A stretch of 64,000 nt of DNA from Methanoculleus sp. (GCF_020696975.1 NZ_JAJGBK010000017.1:4804-68803), one strand, 5' to 3'; counted from the stretch's first letter, positions 32,203 through 40,969 are shown. Notes: a model not told the origin generated them from the sequence alone. Made by a program: numbers and translations.

Positions 32203-33063
32203 GTGAAGCAGTTGTATAAGATAGAAGCGGCGACCAAACTCGCCGACCGGGTTTATGAATACTGGATACGCGCGCCGCAGGTGGCGCAGCACGCGCGGGC
32301 AGGCCAGTTTGTCATCCTGCGCCTGCACGAGGCGGGCGAGCGCATACCCCTCACCATCTCCGCCGTCAGGGGAGACGCCGTTCGGGTGATCTTTATGACC
32401 GTCGGCAAGACGACCGAGGAGCTTGCGACGCTCCGTGCGGGCGACAGCATCAAGGATGTCGTGGGACCGCTCGGGAAACCGAGCGAGATTGAGAACTACG
32501 GCACCTGCTGCGTCATCGGCGGCGGTGTGGGGATCGCGAGCACGCCCCTCATCGCGAGGGAACTGAAAGAAGCCGGAAATCACGTTATCGGGATCATCGG
32601 GGCGCGCAGCGCCGATCTTCTCATCCTTGAGGACGAGATGAAGGAGATCTGTGACGACCTCTACATCACGACCGACGACGGGAGCAAGGGCGTTCACGGG
32701 TTTGCGGCCGACGTCCTGAAGAAACTGCTCGGCGAGCAAAAGATCGACCGGGTCTGGATCATCGGCCCTGCCATCATGATGAAGGTTACCTCCGGCGTGA
32801 CGGTGCCCTACGGTGTGAAGACTTACGTCAGCCTCAACCCGATCATGGTCGACGGGACGGGGATGTGCGGCTCCTGCCGGGTGACCGTCGCCGGGGAGAC
32901 GAAGTTCGCCTGCGTCGACGGTCCCGAATTCGACGCCCACCAGGTCGATTTTGTCGAACTGATGCAACGGCAGCGGATCTACACCGGGCAGGAGAAGGTC
33001 TCGCTTGAGCGGTTTGCGGAGCACCGGTGCCGGTGCGGCGAAGGGGGCCACCACCATGAGTGA
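32203..33063 (+). CDS. nfnA: NfnA/SudB-like FAD/[2Fe-2S] subunit (ferredoxin:NADP oxidoreductase / sulfide dehydrogenase small subunit)
   Basis: GQFVILRLHEAGERIPLTI and the C-terminal cluster motif GTGMCGSCRV...FACVDGPEF. GTG start. Confidence 0.85.
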   Translation: MKQLYKIEAATKLADRVYEYWIRAPQVAQHARAGQFVILRLHEAGERIPLTISAVRGDAVRVIFMTVGKTTEELATLRAGDSIKDVVGPLGKPSEIENYGTCCVIGGGVGIASTPLIARELKEAGNHVIGIIGARSADLLILEDEMKEICDDLYITTDDGSKGVHGFAADVLKKLLGEQKIDRVWIIGPAIMMKVTSGVTVPYGVKTYVSLNPIMVDGTGMCGSCRVTVAGETKFACVDGPEFDAHQVDFVELMQRQRIYTGQEKVSLERFAEHRCRCGEGGHHHE

Positions 33064-34402
33064 CCGGCCGGCTGACATCCGGGTCAAGGACTTCAGGGAG
33101 GTCGACTGCGGCCTCTCCGCCGACGAGGCTATCGCCGAAGCGGAGCGCTGCCTCCAGTGCAAGAAACCGCTCTGCGTCAGGGGCTGCCCGGTCGGCATCG
33201 ATATTCCCGCGTTTGTCCGCGAGGTTGCGGAGGGCAACTTCCCGGCAGCCGCACGGGCGCTCAAGGAACAGAACATGCTCCCCGCCATATGCGGGCGTGT
33301 CTGCCCGCAGGAGACCCAGTGCGAGGGCGTCTGCATCCTCGGCAACAAGGAGACCTCGATCCGGATCGGCGCGATCGAGCGGTTCGTGGCTGACTGGGAG
33401 CGGGGGAACGGCCCTGAGCTCCCTGAGGTGGCGAAGCCGACCGGGAAGCGTGTGGCGGTCGTGGGGTCCGGCCCGGCCGGGCTGACGGCCGCGGCCGAGC
33501 TCGCCCGTGCCGGCCACGCTGTCACGATCTTTGAGTCGCTCCACGAGGCCGGCGGTGTCCTGACCTACGGCATCCCTGCGTTCAGGCTCCCGAAGGATGT
33601 CGTCAGGGCGGAACTCGACCAGGTGCTCGCCCTCGGCGTCCGCTTAAAGAAGAACCATCTCGTGGGAAGGAGCGTCAGCGTGGACGAACTCCTCGGCTAC
33701 GACGCGGTCTTCCTCGCGACCGGCGCAGGGCTTCCCGCGTTCATGGGCATCCCCGGGGAGAACTTAAACGGTGTCTACTCAGCAAACGAATTCCTCACGA
33801 GGGTGAACCTGATGCACGCCGAGGCGTTCCCTGAGTTCGACACCCCGGTCCTGCATGGGGCGCGCGTCGCGGTGATCGGCGGCGGCAACGTCGCGATGGA
33901 CTCAGCCCGGGTGGCACGCCGCCTGGGTGCGAAGGTCTCGTTGATCTACCGGCGGGGTGAGGAAGAGATGCCGGCACGGAGGGCCGAGGTCGGGCACGCG
34001 AAGGAGGAGGGAATCGAGTTTTACACCTGCACGAACCCTACCCGGATCCTCGGCGAGCAGTGCTGCGTCACCGGTATCGAGTGCGTGAAGATGTCCCTCT
34101 GCGGCGTCGACGCGAGCGGCCGCCGGTCCCCGGAGCCGATCGAGGGGAGCGAGTTCATCCTCGACGTGGACATGGTCATCCAGGCGATCGGCACGAGCCC
34201 GAACCCGCTCCTCGTCTCCCTGATCCCGGGCCTCGAGCGCGGCCGGAGAGGCAACGTCGCCGTCGACAAGAACGGTCGGACGTCCATCCCCCACGTCTAC
34301 GCCGGCGGGGACATCGCCACCGGCGCCGCGACGGTGATCGAGGCGATGGGCTCGGCAAAACGCGCGGCGGCGGCGATCGGCGCGATGCTGAAAGAAGAGT
34401 AA
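33056..34402 (+). CDS. nfnB: NfnB/SudA/GltD-like NADPH-dependent oxidoreductase large subunit
   Basis: CLQCKKPLCVRGCPVGIDIP, ICGRVCPQETQCEGVC, VAVVGSGPAGLTAA, GGDIATGAATVI. The ATG at 33056 overlaps the nfnA stop. Confidence 0.9.
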   Translation: MSDRPADIRVKDFREVDCGLSADEAIAEAERCLQCKKPLCVRGCPVGIDIPAFVREVAEGNFPAAARALKEQNMLPAICGRVCPQETQCEGVCILGNKETSIRIGAIERFVADWERGNGPELPEVAKPTGKRVAVVGSGPAGLTAAAELARAGHAVTIFESLHEAGGVLTYGIPAFRLPKDVVRAELDQVLALGVRLKKNHLVGRSVSVDELLGYDAVFLATGAGLPAFMGIPGENLNGVYSANEFLTRVNLMHAEAFPEFDTPVLHGARVAVIGGGNVAMDSARVARRLGAKVSLIYRRGEEEMPARRAEVGHAKEEGIEFYTCTNPTRILGEQCCVTGIECVKMSLCGVDASGRRSPEPIEGSEFILDVDMVIQAIGTSPNPLLVSLIPGLERGRRGNVAVDKNGRTSIPHVYAGGDIATGAATVIEAMGSAKRAAAAIGAMLKEE

Positions 34403-34455
34403 ACTCATTTTTAGGGCGGGCCCGGAAGTTCTGCCCCGACAGAATCGGGTCCAGC
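34261..34455 (+). repeat. Direct repeat copy 1: 3' end of nfnB plus ~50 nt downstream
   Basis: Aligns collinearly with 37091-37275, by eye ~85% identical over the last 47 codons and stop. Similarity weakens after the stop. Confidence 0.75.
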
Positions 34456-34568
34456 CTATTCCCTACCTCGATGGTACGGGAAGTGCAGACCGGTCTCCTG
34501 CCTTCGGGCAGTCGCGCGGTGATTTTAACCGGCTTTTTGCAGGCACTGTGTGAAGGCAGGGGACCGGA

Positions 34569-35147
34569 TCAGTCGTCCTCCCTGCACCGGATCGCAATCG
34601 CGAGGAGGTTAAACCCGATCAGTGGCAATCCGACTGCCCAGTAGAGAGTGATGAGCCCGCTCCAGGGATGAAGTGTAGGCGAAGGCGAGAGAACGGTATC
34701 CTTCACGACACAGGCAAAGATGATGGCGGCAAAGATTACGATGCCCGCGATCGCCCGAAGAGGGACGAACGCCTTCGCCTTCAGGCGTTCCGGGAGAAGA
34801 TGGACGAAGGCCAGGGACGCCGGAGATAGCGCTGCAAGCAGGCCGATCCAGACGACCTCGATCTCGCTCACCGGGTCCGAAAGGAACGAGCTCCCATCGG
34901 GATAGATCAGGAAACTCACGACACCAAGGGCCGAGACGGTGCCCGGGAGCAGCAGGTCGAAGTACCGTGGTCTGGTCTCCTCCCGTGCCACCGGGATGAA
35001 CAAGAGGAGCCCGATAAGGGAGAGCCCGCTCAATACGGACGTTACTGCAGAGAACAGAGGGGTAAGCCCGGTGAACGGGGCGACCCAGAAGAAAAAGAAG
35101 ATGGTTGAAGCACACGCAAGCGATACGCTACAGAAGGGCGTTTTCAT
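34569..35147 (-). CDS. Polytopic membrane protein (about 6 TM), hypothetical
   Basis: Hydrophobic helices throughout. The start is taken at MKTPFCSVSL (35147) so it does not overlap the upstream hydrolase gene. Lower GC than the core. Confidence 0.5.
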   Translation of the reverse strand: MKTPFCSVSLACASTIFFFFWVAPFTGLTPLFSAVTSVLSGLSLIGLLLFIPVAREETRPRYFDLLLPGTVSALGVVSFLIYPDGSSFLSDPVSEIEVVWIGLLAALSPASLAFVHLLPERLKAKAFVPLRAIAGIVIFAAIIFACVVKDTVLSPSPTLHPWSGLITLYWAVGLPLIGFNLLAIAIRCREDD

Positions 35148-35172
35148 CGCATGGCCTCGAGGTTCCAGCGGT

Positions 35173-36624
35173 TCATCCGATATAGAGCGCAAACTCGCTG
35201 ATCTCACCTTCATCTCCTTCATATGTATCCACAACTCTCAGTTGCCAATCGTGAATAGCTGCAAAACTTTCTGCTCGAACACTGAGTATCAGGTGATCTG
35301 CACTTCCACCCTGATTGTCCCAGATCTGATATTCAGCGTACTCGTCCCACGCCTCTTCCTTCCACCCAAGCCAGATATCCAGATCGGCTATGTAGGTATG
35401 GTCGATCAGGATTGTGAACAACATACTGTCGGAACAGGCAACGCCATTAATATGAGCATACGATGTCTGATAATCGGTTATCGGAACCGAACTTGACCCG
35501 GCTGTATCAGGAGATTCGGCCTTCGTCGAGTAAATGACCATTCCCATGGTCATCTTTTCCGTTTCTGATACGAGTATCCGTGTATAGTTGATGAGATTGG
35601 TATTTGTCCTCCAATTGAGATCGTAGTTCATAATCGTACAGATCGGCTCCAAATACTGATGAGACCATGCTGCAAAAGTTTTTGCATCTTCTGAGGGGTC
35701 GGTGATGATGTAGTAGGTATCAACGTCGGTTGCATCTTCAAACAAATCTCCCCAATTTGATCCCACCCATTCTTCGTAGTCCAGATGGTGTGCCTGTCCC
35801 ACTACACTCGACGTGTGGAACGGGCAGCCGAGATCCTCAATATAGTGTAGTCCTTTGCCAAGATTGATGTATGCAGAGTCAGAGTCATAGTTTGCGAAGT
35901 CGCTTTTTGCTGCATCTATATAGTACTCGCAGGAGTATGGTCCTAAATTGTCACCCGGTAGCGGGAAATCCCAGATATAAACCCAGGAGTGACGATTAAG
36001 CGTTCCAGGGGGTACAATCCCAATAGGCTCCTCGCGATGAACATCAGCCCAGCCGCTGTAATTCCGGAGTGTATCAGTATGTACAGAGGAGGTATACCCC
36101 AAATTCTCCCCGGCTGTCCCTGAAAAGTGCCAATGGCCCGGAGAGCCTGCCCATTTCGGACCGATGAACTCTCCTTCCGTCGCTTCGACCATAAGGTACG
36201 ATAGTTGCAGGAGAATCTCTTTCTCTTCTTCCTCAGAAAGCGATGATTCACCTTCAAAGATGCTTCGCACCGTATTTTCAAATTGTTTCCTATCATCCGG
36301 AAGACCCCGGAGGAGCTCCCTGACGAACGCCCAATCCTCTTCAGTCGGCTTTAGTTGCTTTGCTGGGATTTCTTTCCAATCTGAAGGGATCGCAATCCCG
36401 TGCAGCAATTTTTTGTCGGCCTCCACAATCGGAGAAACCGTAACAGAGTCTGGTTGTATCAATTCAAGTGACAGTTCCTGATCTAGGGTGCAGCCGTCGT
36501 TTGCGCCCGTTTTACCCGGAGAGTTTTTCACACAATTTGCACTCACAGCCGGCACCATCGTTCCGCTCACCAGCAGTGCAACGAGGAGCATGGAAAGTGC
36601 CCGCATTCCAATGGTTTCTTTCAT
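35173..36624 (-). CDS. Secreted zinc phospholipase C / P1-nuclease-superfamily-like hydrolase with C-terminal proprotein-convertase P-domain
   Basis: Sec signal MKETIGMRALSMLLVALLVSGTMVPAVSA. Zinc-ligand spacing H-x3-D-x5-H (HYIEDLGCPFH), then HH-x3-E, at 35773-35847. C-terminal P-domain-like DHTYIADLDIWL...WQLRVVD...GEISEFALYI. Confidence 0.7.
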   Translation of the reverse strand: MKETIGMRALSMLLVALLVSGTMVPAVSANCVKNSPGKTGANDGCTLDQELSLELIQPDSVTVSPIVEADKKLLHGIAIPSDWKEIPAKQLKPTEEDWAFVRELLRGLPDDRKQFENTVRSIFEGESSLSEEEEKEILLQLSYLMVEATEGEFIGPKWAGSPGHWHFSGTAGENLGYTSSVHTDTLRNYSGWADVHREEPIGIVPPGTLNRHSWVYIWDFPLPGDNLGPYSCEYYIDAAKSDFANYDSDSAYINLGKGLHYIEDLGCPFHTSSVVGQAHHLDYEEWVGSNWGDLFEDATDVDTYYIITDPSEDAKTFAAWSHQYLEPICTIMNYDLNWRTNTNLINYTRILVSETEKMTMGMVIYSTKAESPDTAGSSSVPITDYQTSYAHINGVACSDSMLFTILIDHTYIADLDIWLGWKEEAWDEYAEYQIWDNQGGSADHLILSVRAESFAAIHDWQLRVVDTYEGDEGEISEFALYIG

Positions 36625-36918
36625 CTGTTTGCCTCCTCTAACGTCCCCGGAGGCAAAGAGGCACAACCTTAATGTACATGGAATGCGAACCACTCTTTCG
36701 CCTTCGGGCAGCGGGGGGCTCATCCGGCCTTGGACGGATAGGGTGAGCCTCCACGGTTTTGCGAACGCTGTTTTGAGCATCCGCATAAGGGGATAGACCC
36801 GGGCCTATATAGCATTTCTCTCACAATCATCTACATGTCCTTTGGCTGTTCGTGAAAATGAGACGATCGATCCTGCGACGGGGAGCACGGACACAGGAGG
36901 ATGGCTGTTCTCGCGGCG
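36538..36918 (-). repeat. Cassette copy A: shared upstream region + TATA + ~155-nt 5' leader + signal-peptide codons
   Basis: Near-identical to 39499-39879 and 43243-43622 by direct alignment. Confidence 0.85.
36803..36840 (-). promoter_or_regulatory. Promoter A: TATA (CTATATAG) plus degenerate upstream box ACATGTAGA
   Basis: Position is equivalent to promoters B, C and D. It is the most diverged copy of the ACGTGTAAA box. Confidence 0.4.
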
Positions 36919-37061
36919 AGGAAAATCATGCGGTCTGCGTCGCGGAAGCTACGCAATGGATCAGGAGTAGAAGTTCGAGCAGCCGTCGGGCTCTGCTGTG
37001 CGGCTTCTCCGCAGGGAAAGGAGTCGAAACGCCGAAAGGGTGACGTGCGACGATTCGTGAG

Positions 37062-37232
37062 TGCGACGAATGGAACGTCCGGGACATCGTCATCGACAAG
37101 GACGGTCGGACGTCCATCCCCCGCGTCTACACCGGCGGGGACATCGCCACCGGCGCGGCGACAGTGATCGAGGCGATGGGTTCGGCGAAGAAGGCGGCCG
37201 CGGCGATCGACGCGATGCTCCGGGAAGAATAA
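37062..37232 (+). pseudogene. Orphan 3' fragment of an nfnB/gltD-like gene (last ~55 codons plus stop)
   Basis: Translates to ...IDKDGRTSIPRVYTGGDIATGAATVIEAMGSAKKAAAAIDAMLREE*, compared with nfnB VDKNGRTSIPHVYAGGDIATGAATVIEAMGSAKRAAAAIGAMLKEE*. There is no upstream coding continuation. Confidence 0.75.
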
Positions 37233-37275
37233 ATTTTTTTCGGATCGGCCCGGGGACAAGGCCGGGTCCAACCCG
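37091..37275 (+). repeat. Direct repeat copy 2 of the nfnB 3' end
   Basis: See 34261-34455. Confidence 0.75.
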
Positions 37276-37410
37276 TTCTTCAGGTGTGCCGCCTGGAGGG
37301 GCGATGTTTCACCAAAGCGGAGTTCGAGCGGGATGCCCCCTCATGCCCGGATGGGCAGGCGCGCATGCCGGACAGGAGCGTTTGCAAAGGGCGTATCCGC
37401 CGCCCCGACC

Positions 37411-38271
37411 CTATCTCCGCTTCCGGTACAGGACGAAACTCATCCCTACGCCAAAAGCCGCGAGGATCGTTCCGAACCCCGGCGTCGTCGTCCGGAGCGA
37501 CTGCCCGGGCGCCAGGTCCGAGGGGATCTGCACGACGTCCGTCTCCCGACCGGCCCGAACGGTGATCTCCCAGACTATCCGGTCGCTGTCGTAGACTTTC
37601 AGCACGACGTTCTCGACGCAGGCGCCCGGAGACTGCCCGGAGAGGACCTGCGCCTCCGCTTCGGCTCTCCCGACCGTGAGGTTCTCTTCCGAGATGTAGG
37701 TGGTGGAGACGATCTCTCCTCCCGAGAGGTCGACGATGTACTCCGTGAACACGCCGGTATCGTTGATGAAGTAGACCTGCGCCCGAGAAGGTTTGGACGT
37801 GATCTCCTCATAGCGGTTGGGGGATTGATTCTCGACGTACGACCGCACCCCGCCGTCGTTGCTGAGCGCCGGGTACTTCGCAAAAATCTTCGGGAAGGTG
37901 AGTTCCGCGGCCAGGGGCAGCGCCTCATCGCAGCCGATAATCCAGATTTGCCCGATGGACTGTTCGCCGCCGTGTTCATCGGCTCTAATCTTGTTTAAAT
38001 AGACGAGCTGTTCTTCGCAGGCGTTCGCCGGCACGATGTACACGTACTCATGCGTGTGGTTGTACGTGCTCTCATGCCACCAGATCTCCCCATGTTCAGC
38101 GATGAATGCGGTGATCGTCTCGTTGGTCTTCGCGTTCGGGTGAACCCCAAACAGAATTCCCGTCTGGTTTCCCTGCCCAGGGAGAGGCGTCACGACCGCA
38201 TCTGCGGGTATGCTGCAGACAAGCACCGCAAGGATGAGACCGAGCATCAGAAGGACAACGCTTTTCGACAT
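37411..38271 (-). CDS. Exported surface protein with PGF-CTERM archaeal sorting signal (possible PepSY-like module)
   Basis: N-terminal signal MSKSVVLLMLGLILAVLVCSIPADA. C-terminal TTPGFGTILAAFGVGMSFVLYRKRR (PGF + TM + basic tail). The segment RAEAEAQVL...VENVVLKVYDSDRIVWEITV looks PepSY-like by eye. Lies 10 nt downstream of the transglutaminase-like gene. Confidence 0.7.
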   Translation of the reverse strand: MSKSVVLLMLGLILAVLVCSIPADAVVTPLPGQGNQTGILFGVHPNAKTNETITAFIAEHGEIWWHESTYNHTHEYVYIVPANACEEQLVYLNKIRADEHGGEQSIGQIWIIGCDEALPLAAELTFPKIFAKYPALSNDGGVRSYVENQSPNRYEEITSKPSRAQVYFINDTGVFTEYIVDLSGGEIVSTTYISEENLTVGRAEAEAQVLSGQSPGACVENVVLKVYDSDRIVWEITVRAGRETDVVQIPSDLAPGQSLRTTTPGFGTILAAFGVGMSFVLYRKRR

Positions 38272-38280
38272 AAAAAAGGG

Positions 38281-39585
38281 TTAGTTATACCTCGGAACCT
38301 CTCCGAGGAGAATCTGCGTTCTGAAATCTTCGTACCTGAGAATGCCATCGCCGGTTGGGTCGTTCGGGTCCTGCGTGTAATAGGAGTCATCGGCGTCACC
38401 GTAGATGGTGATGTTGATGTGGTTGTTTCCCGCTGCCCTGTAAACCTGGGGATTGTCAAATACATCCCATGTTGGATCCGAGTGGATCCAGGCATTTCCA
38501 TTCCATGATTCTGCAATAGCATGCCCTGTTATATTACCGGAAGGCAGTTCCATGGTGAACGATAGGAATCGCGTCGGGATGCCCAGTGCGCGGGTGAAGG
38601 CGGTATACAGGGTCCCATACTCATCGCAGACCCCTTGATATTTTCCGTTTATGGGAGACGGATGGTCTAGGGTATACAGATCAGAAAATATATACTCAAC
38701 GTACATTGTTTCGTTATTATATTCCATCATATCATGAACCCGTTGCATTATTTCGTAGGCAGACTGATACGGCTCTGTCGTACCATCAGCTGCCTGCGCT
38801 GCTTCGAGTAACACCCTATATCCCTCACTGAATGGGAAATGATATAGATCACTTGTCTCGAGGTTTTCTCCGCCGTCAGGATCGAAGAGATGCGCCGCAT
38901 CGTTGTTATACTTTTCTATGGCATCGATCGGCATTCTTGCCATCCACGACGTAAGGCCGGTCGGATCAACTCTGATCTCGACTGCCATCGGTTTTATTCC
39001 GATGGAACTGTGCTGTGGGAGAACCTCGAATGGAACCGTCACAGTGAGGTCCGCTCCCGCTGCAAGATCCGAGAAGGGTACACCACACCCATACCCATCC
39101 TTAAGCGACCAGAGGATGACCATCCCGCTCGCTGCAGAAGAAGCATAGTTATGAATCGTGATCTCGTGGTAGACAAATGTGTCCTGTGTCCAGTACCAGG
39201 AGATAGTTCCCTGGGTCATCCTCACGTCCGGCATTAAATCCCTGGTGCCGAGGTCACTGCTCTCGGTTTGCAGCGTCAATGATACTTTACCGGGAGAGGT
39301 TGGAACTATGTCTGCATCGATTACCGGGAATTCTGATTCTCTCTTCGGATCTAGAATGATTACTCCGGGGTGCTGCCGTGCGATCTCCTCAGTGATCGGA
39401 ACCCTCTGCGGGGTTTCAATGACCGGAGTATACTTCGACATATCCCTTGGCTCAACCCACTGGTCGAACGTATCGAGCCAGCCCCTTGATTCATTCTCTG
39501 CACTCACCGCCGGCACCATCGTTCCGCTCACCAGCAATGCAGCGAGAAGCATGGAAAGTGCCCGCGGTCCAATTGTTTCTTTCAT
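38281..39585 (-). CDS. Secreted transglutaminase-like cysteine protease superfamily protein
   Basis: Signal MKETIGPRALSMLLAALLVSGTMVPAVSA. Core Cys-His-Asp motif GVCDEYGTLYTAFTRALGIPTRFL...GHAIAESW...WIHSDPTWD. Confidence 0.75.
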   Translation of the reverse strand: MKETIGPRALSMLLAALLVSGTMVPAVSAENESRGWLDTFDQWVEPRDMSKYTPVIETPQRVPITEEIARQHPGVIILDPKRESEFPVIDADIVPTSPGKVSLTLQTESSDLGTRDLMPDVRMTQGTISWYWTQDTFVYHEITIHNYASSAASGMVILWSLKDGYGCGVPFSDLAAGADLTVTVPFEVLPQHSSIGIKPMAVEIRVDPTGLTSWMARMPIDAIEKYNNDAAHLFDPDGGENLETSDLYHFPFSEGYRVLLEAAQAADGTTEPYQSAYEIMQRVHDMMEYNNETMYVEYIFSDLYTLDHPSPINGKYQGVCDEYGTLYTAFTRALGIPTRFLSFTMELPSGNITGHAIAESWNGNAWIHSDPTWDVFDNPQVYRAAGNNHINITIYGDADDSYYTQDPNDPTGDGILRYEDFRTQILLGEVPRYN

Positions 39586-39879
39586 CTGTTTGCCTCCTCT
39601 AACGTCCCCGGAGGCAAAGAGGCACAGTTCTTAAGTACAGGGAGTGCAAATCTATCTCTTGCCTTCGGGCAGTGGGGGGGCTCATCCGGTCTTGGACGGA
39701 TAGGGTGAGCCTCCACGGTTTTGCGAACGCTGTTTTGAGCATCCGCACAAGGAGATAGGCATCAAGCCATTTATGTTTTCTGTCCTTTTTCTTTACACGT
39801 CCATCGGCTGTTTGCGAAAATGAGGCATTCGGTCTCATCCTGAAGGATGCAGGTGCAGGAGAACGAATATTCTCGCGGC
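39499..39879 (-). repeat. Cassette copy B: shared upstream region + TATA + 5' leader + signal-peptide codons
   Basis: Direct alignment with copies A and C. Confidence 0.85.
39765..39802 (-). promoter_or_regulatory. Promoter B: GGACGTGTAAAGAAAAAGGACAGAAAACATAAATGG (box + TATA)
   Basis: The ACGTGTAAA box and GACAGAA half-site sit immediately upstream of a TATA-like element. The arrangement is shared with C and D. Confidence 0.45.
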
Positions 39880-39946
39880 AAGGAAGGTCGTGCAAGGTAC
39901 GCCAGTCGATCCGGGCGGACGGGCATCACCGGATCCGGCGCTCCAT

Positions 39947-40969
39947 CTATCCCCAGAAGAGCATCCAGACCCCGAATCCTATCAACAGGATCCCGCTTCC
40001 CGCTCGAATAACATCCCTGTACTCCCGTATCCTGCTTGACGAGGCATATCCCCCGAGGACTCCGACGCCGAAAAACGGCGTGAGCACCCCGGCTCCGAAG
40101 ACCAGCAGGAGCGATAGATCCTGCACAGTGCCGCCGATCAGGATTTTGTTCAACAGAATGAGGAGCATCGGTGCGGCACACGGAGCCTTGACGATCGAGA
40201 ACACCATGCCCAGAACGAACAACCCGGCAAGGGTGGTCGCGTGCTTCTGTATGGATGACTTAACGTAGTCGTCGGTGGAGATCGGGAGCCGTATCAACCC
40301 GAGCAGGTTCACCCCGGCGAGTATCGTGATCAGTCCCGCCGCGACGGTGAGGTACGGACCGAAGCCGCCGAGGGACATCCCCGCCAGCAGGAAGCAGCAT
40401 CCCATGACGATATACGCAGCGACCAGCCCCAGGCCGAATATCAACGAGTTCAGGAGACTGCTCCTCAGCCCGTTGCCCGACCCGGTGACGTAGGCCAGTA
40501 TGAATCCAAGGATTGCCATCAGGCAGGGCGAGAACCCGGAAAAAAGACCCAGGGAGTATGCAAGCGGAATGTCCCAGTTTATCGGCGGCGAGTTCTCCTG
40601 CAGCTCAGCGCCGGCAAGAGACCGCTCGATCGCCGCCCTGAGGTTCTCTTCGGTGATCTCCTCTTTGGGAATTGTGACGGTGCCGTCCACGACCACGGCC
40701 GGGATTTCGAGAAATTCGTATGCGTTCCATCGCTCCCACCCGTCTGGTGTATTGACGTCAATTTCTTCCACGTTCAAGGTGGAACCATAGGCCCCCTTCA
40801 GGTCGGCAATAATCGGATAGGTTAATTCGCACTCAGAACAGCGAGATGTATGAAAATATTCTACGTGAATAACAGATGCACCGGCGAGGGGGATTAACCC
40901 GATGAGGACCATCGCAACCGCGACGGCAACTATGTTATTCGTTAACCGGTGAATCATGAAATCAGCCAT
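39947..40969 (-). CDS. Thioredoxin-like (CxxC) domain fused to CcdA/DsbD-family thiol-disulfide membrane transporter
   Basis: N-terminal TM, then HTSRCSECELTYPII (CxxC). The CcdA core has conserved Cys in GFSPCLMAIL and VKAPCAAPML. Confidence 0.8.
   Translation of the reverse strand: MADFMIHRLTNNIVAVAVAMVLIGLIPLAGASVIHVEYFHTSRCSECELTYPIIADLKGAYGSTLNVEEIDVNTPDGWERWNAYEFLEIPAVVVDGTVTIPKEEITEENLRAAIERSLAGAELQENSPPINWDIPLAYSLGLFSGFSPCLMAILGFILAYVTGSGNGLRSSLLNSLIFGLGLVAAYIVMGCCFLLAGMSLGGFGPYLTVAAGLITILAGVNLLGLIRLPISTDDYVKSSIQKHATTLAGLFVLGMVFSIVKAPCAAPMLLILLNKILIGGTVQDLSLLLVFGAGVLTPFFGVGVLGGYASSSRIREYRDVIRAGSGILLIGFGVWMLFWG

Noticed and set aside
32197-33525. 442-aa ORF on the minus strand
   Set aside because: Antisense to nfnA and nfnB, which have unambiguous Fe-S and FAD motifs. 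Shadow ORF.
36625-36786. N-terminal extension of the phospholipase-C-like ORF (MRMLKTAFAKPWRLTLSVQ...) and a possible conserved uORF in the shared leader
   Set aside because: The same DNA in copies B and C is interrupted by frame-shifting indels and stops. Copy B ends at 39599 in another frame, and copy C stops after ~36 codons. Substitutions are not biased to synonymous sites. All three genes share the MKETIG/MNGTIG start preceded by GGAGG. The conservation is therefore better explained at RNA/DNA level.
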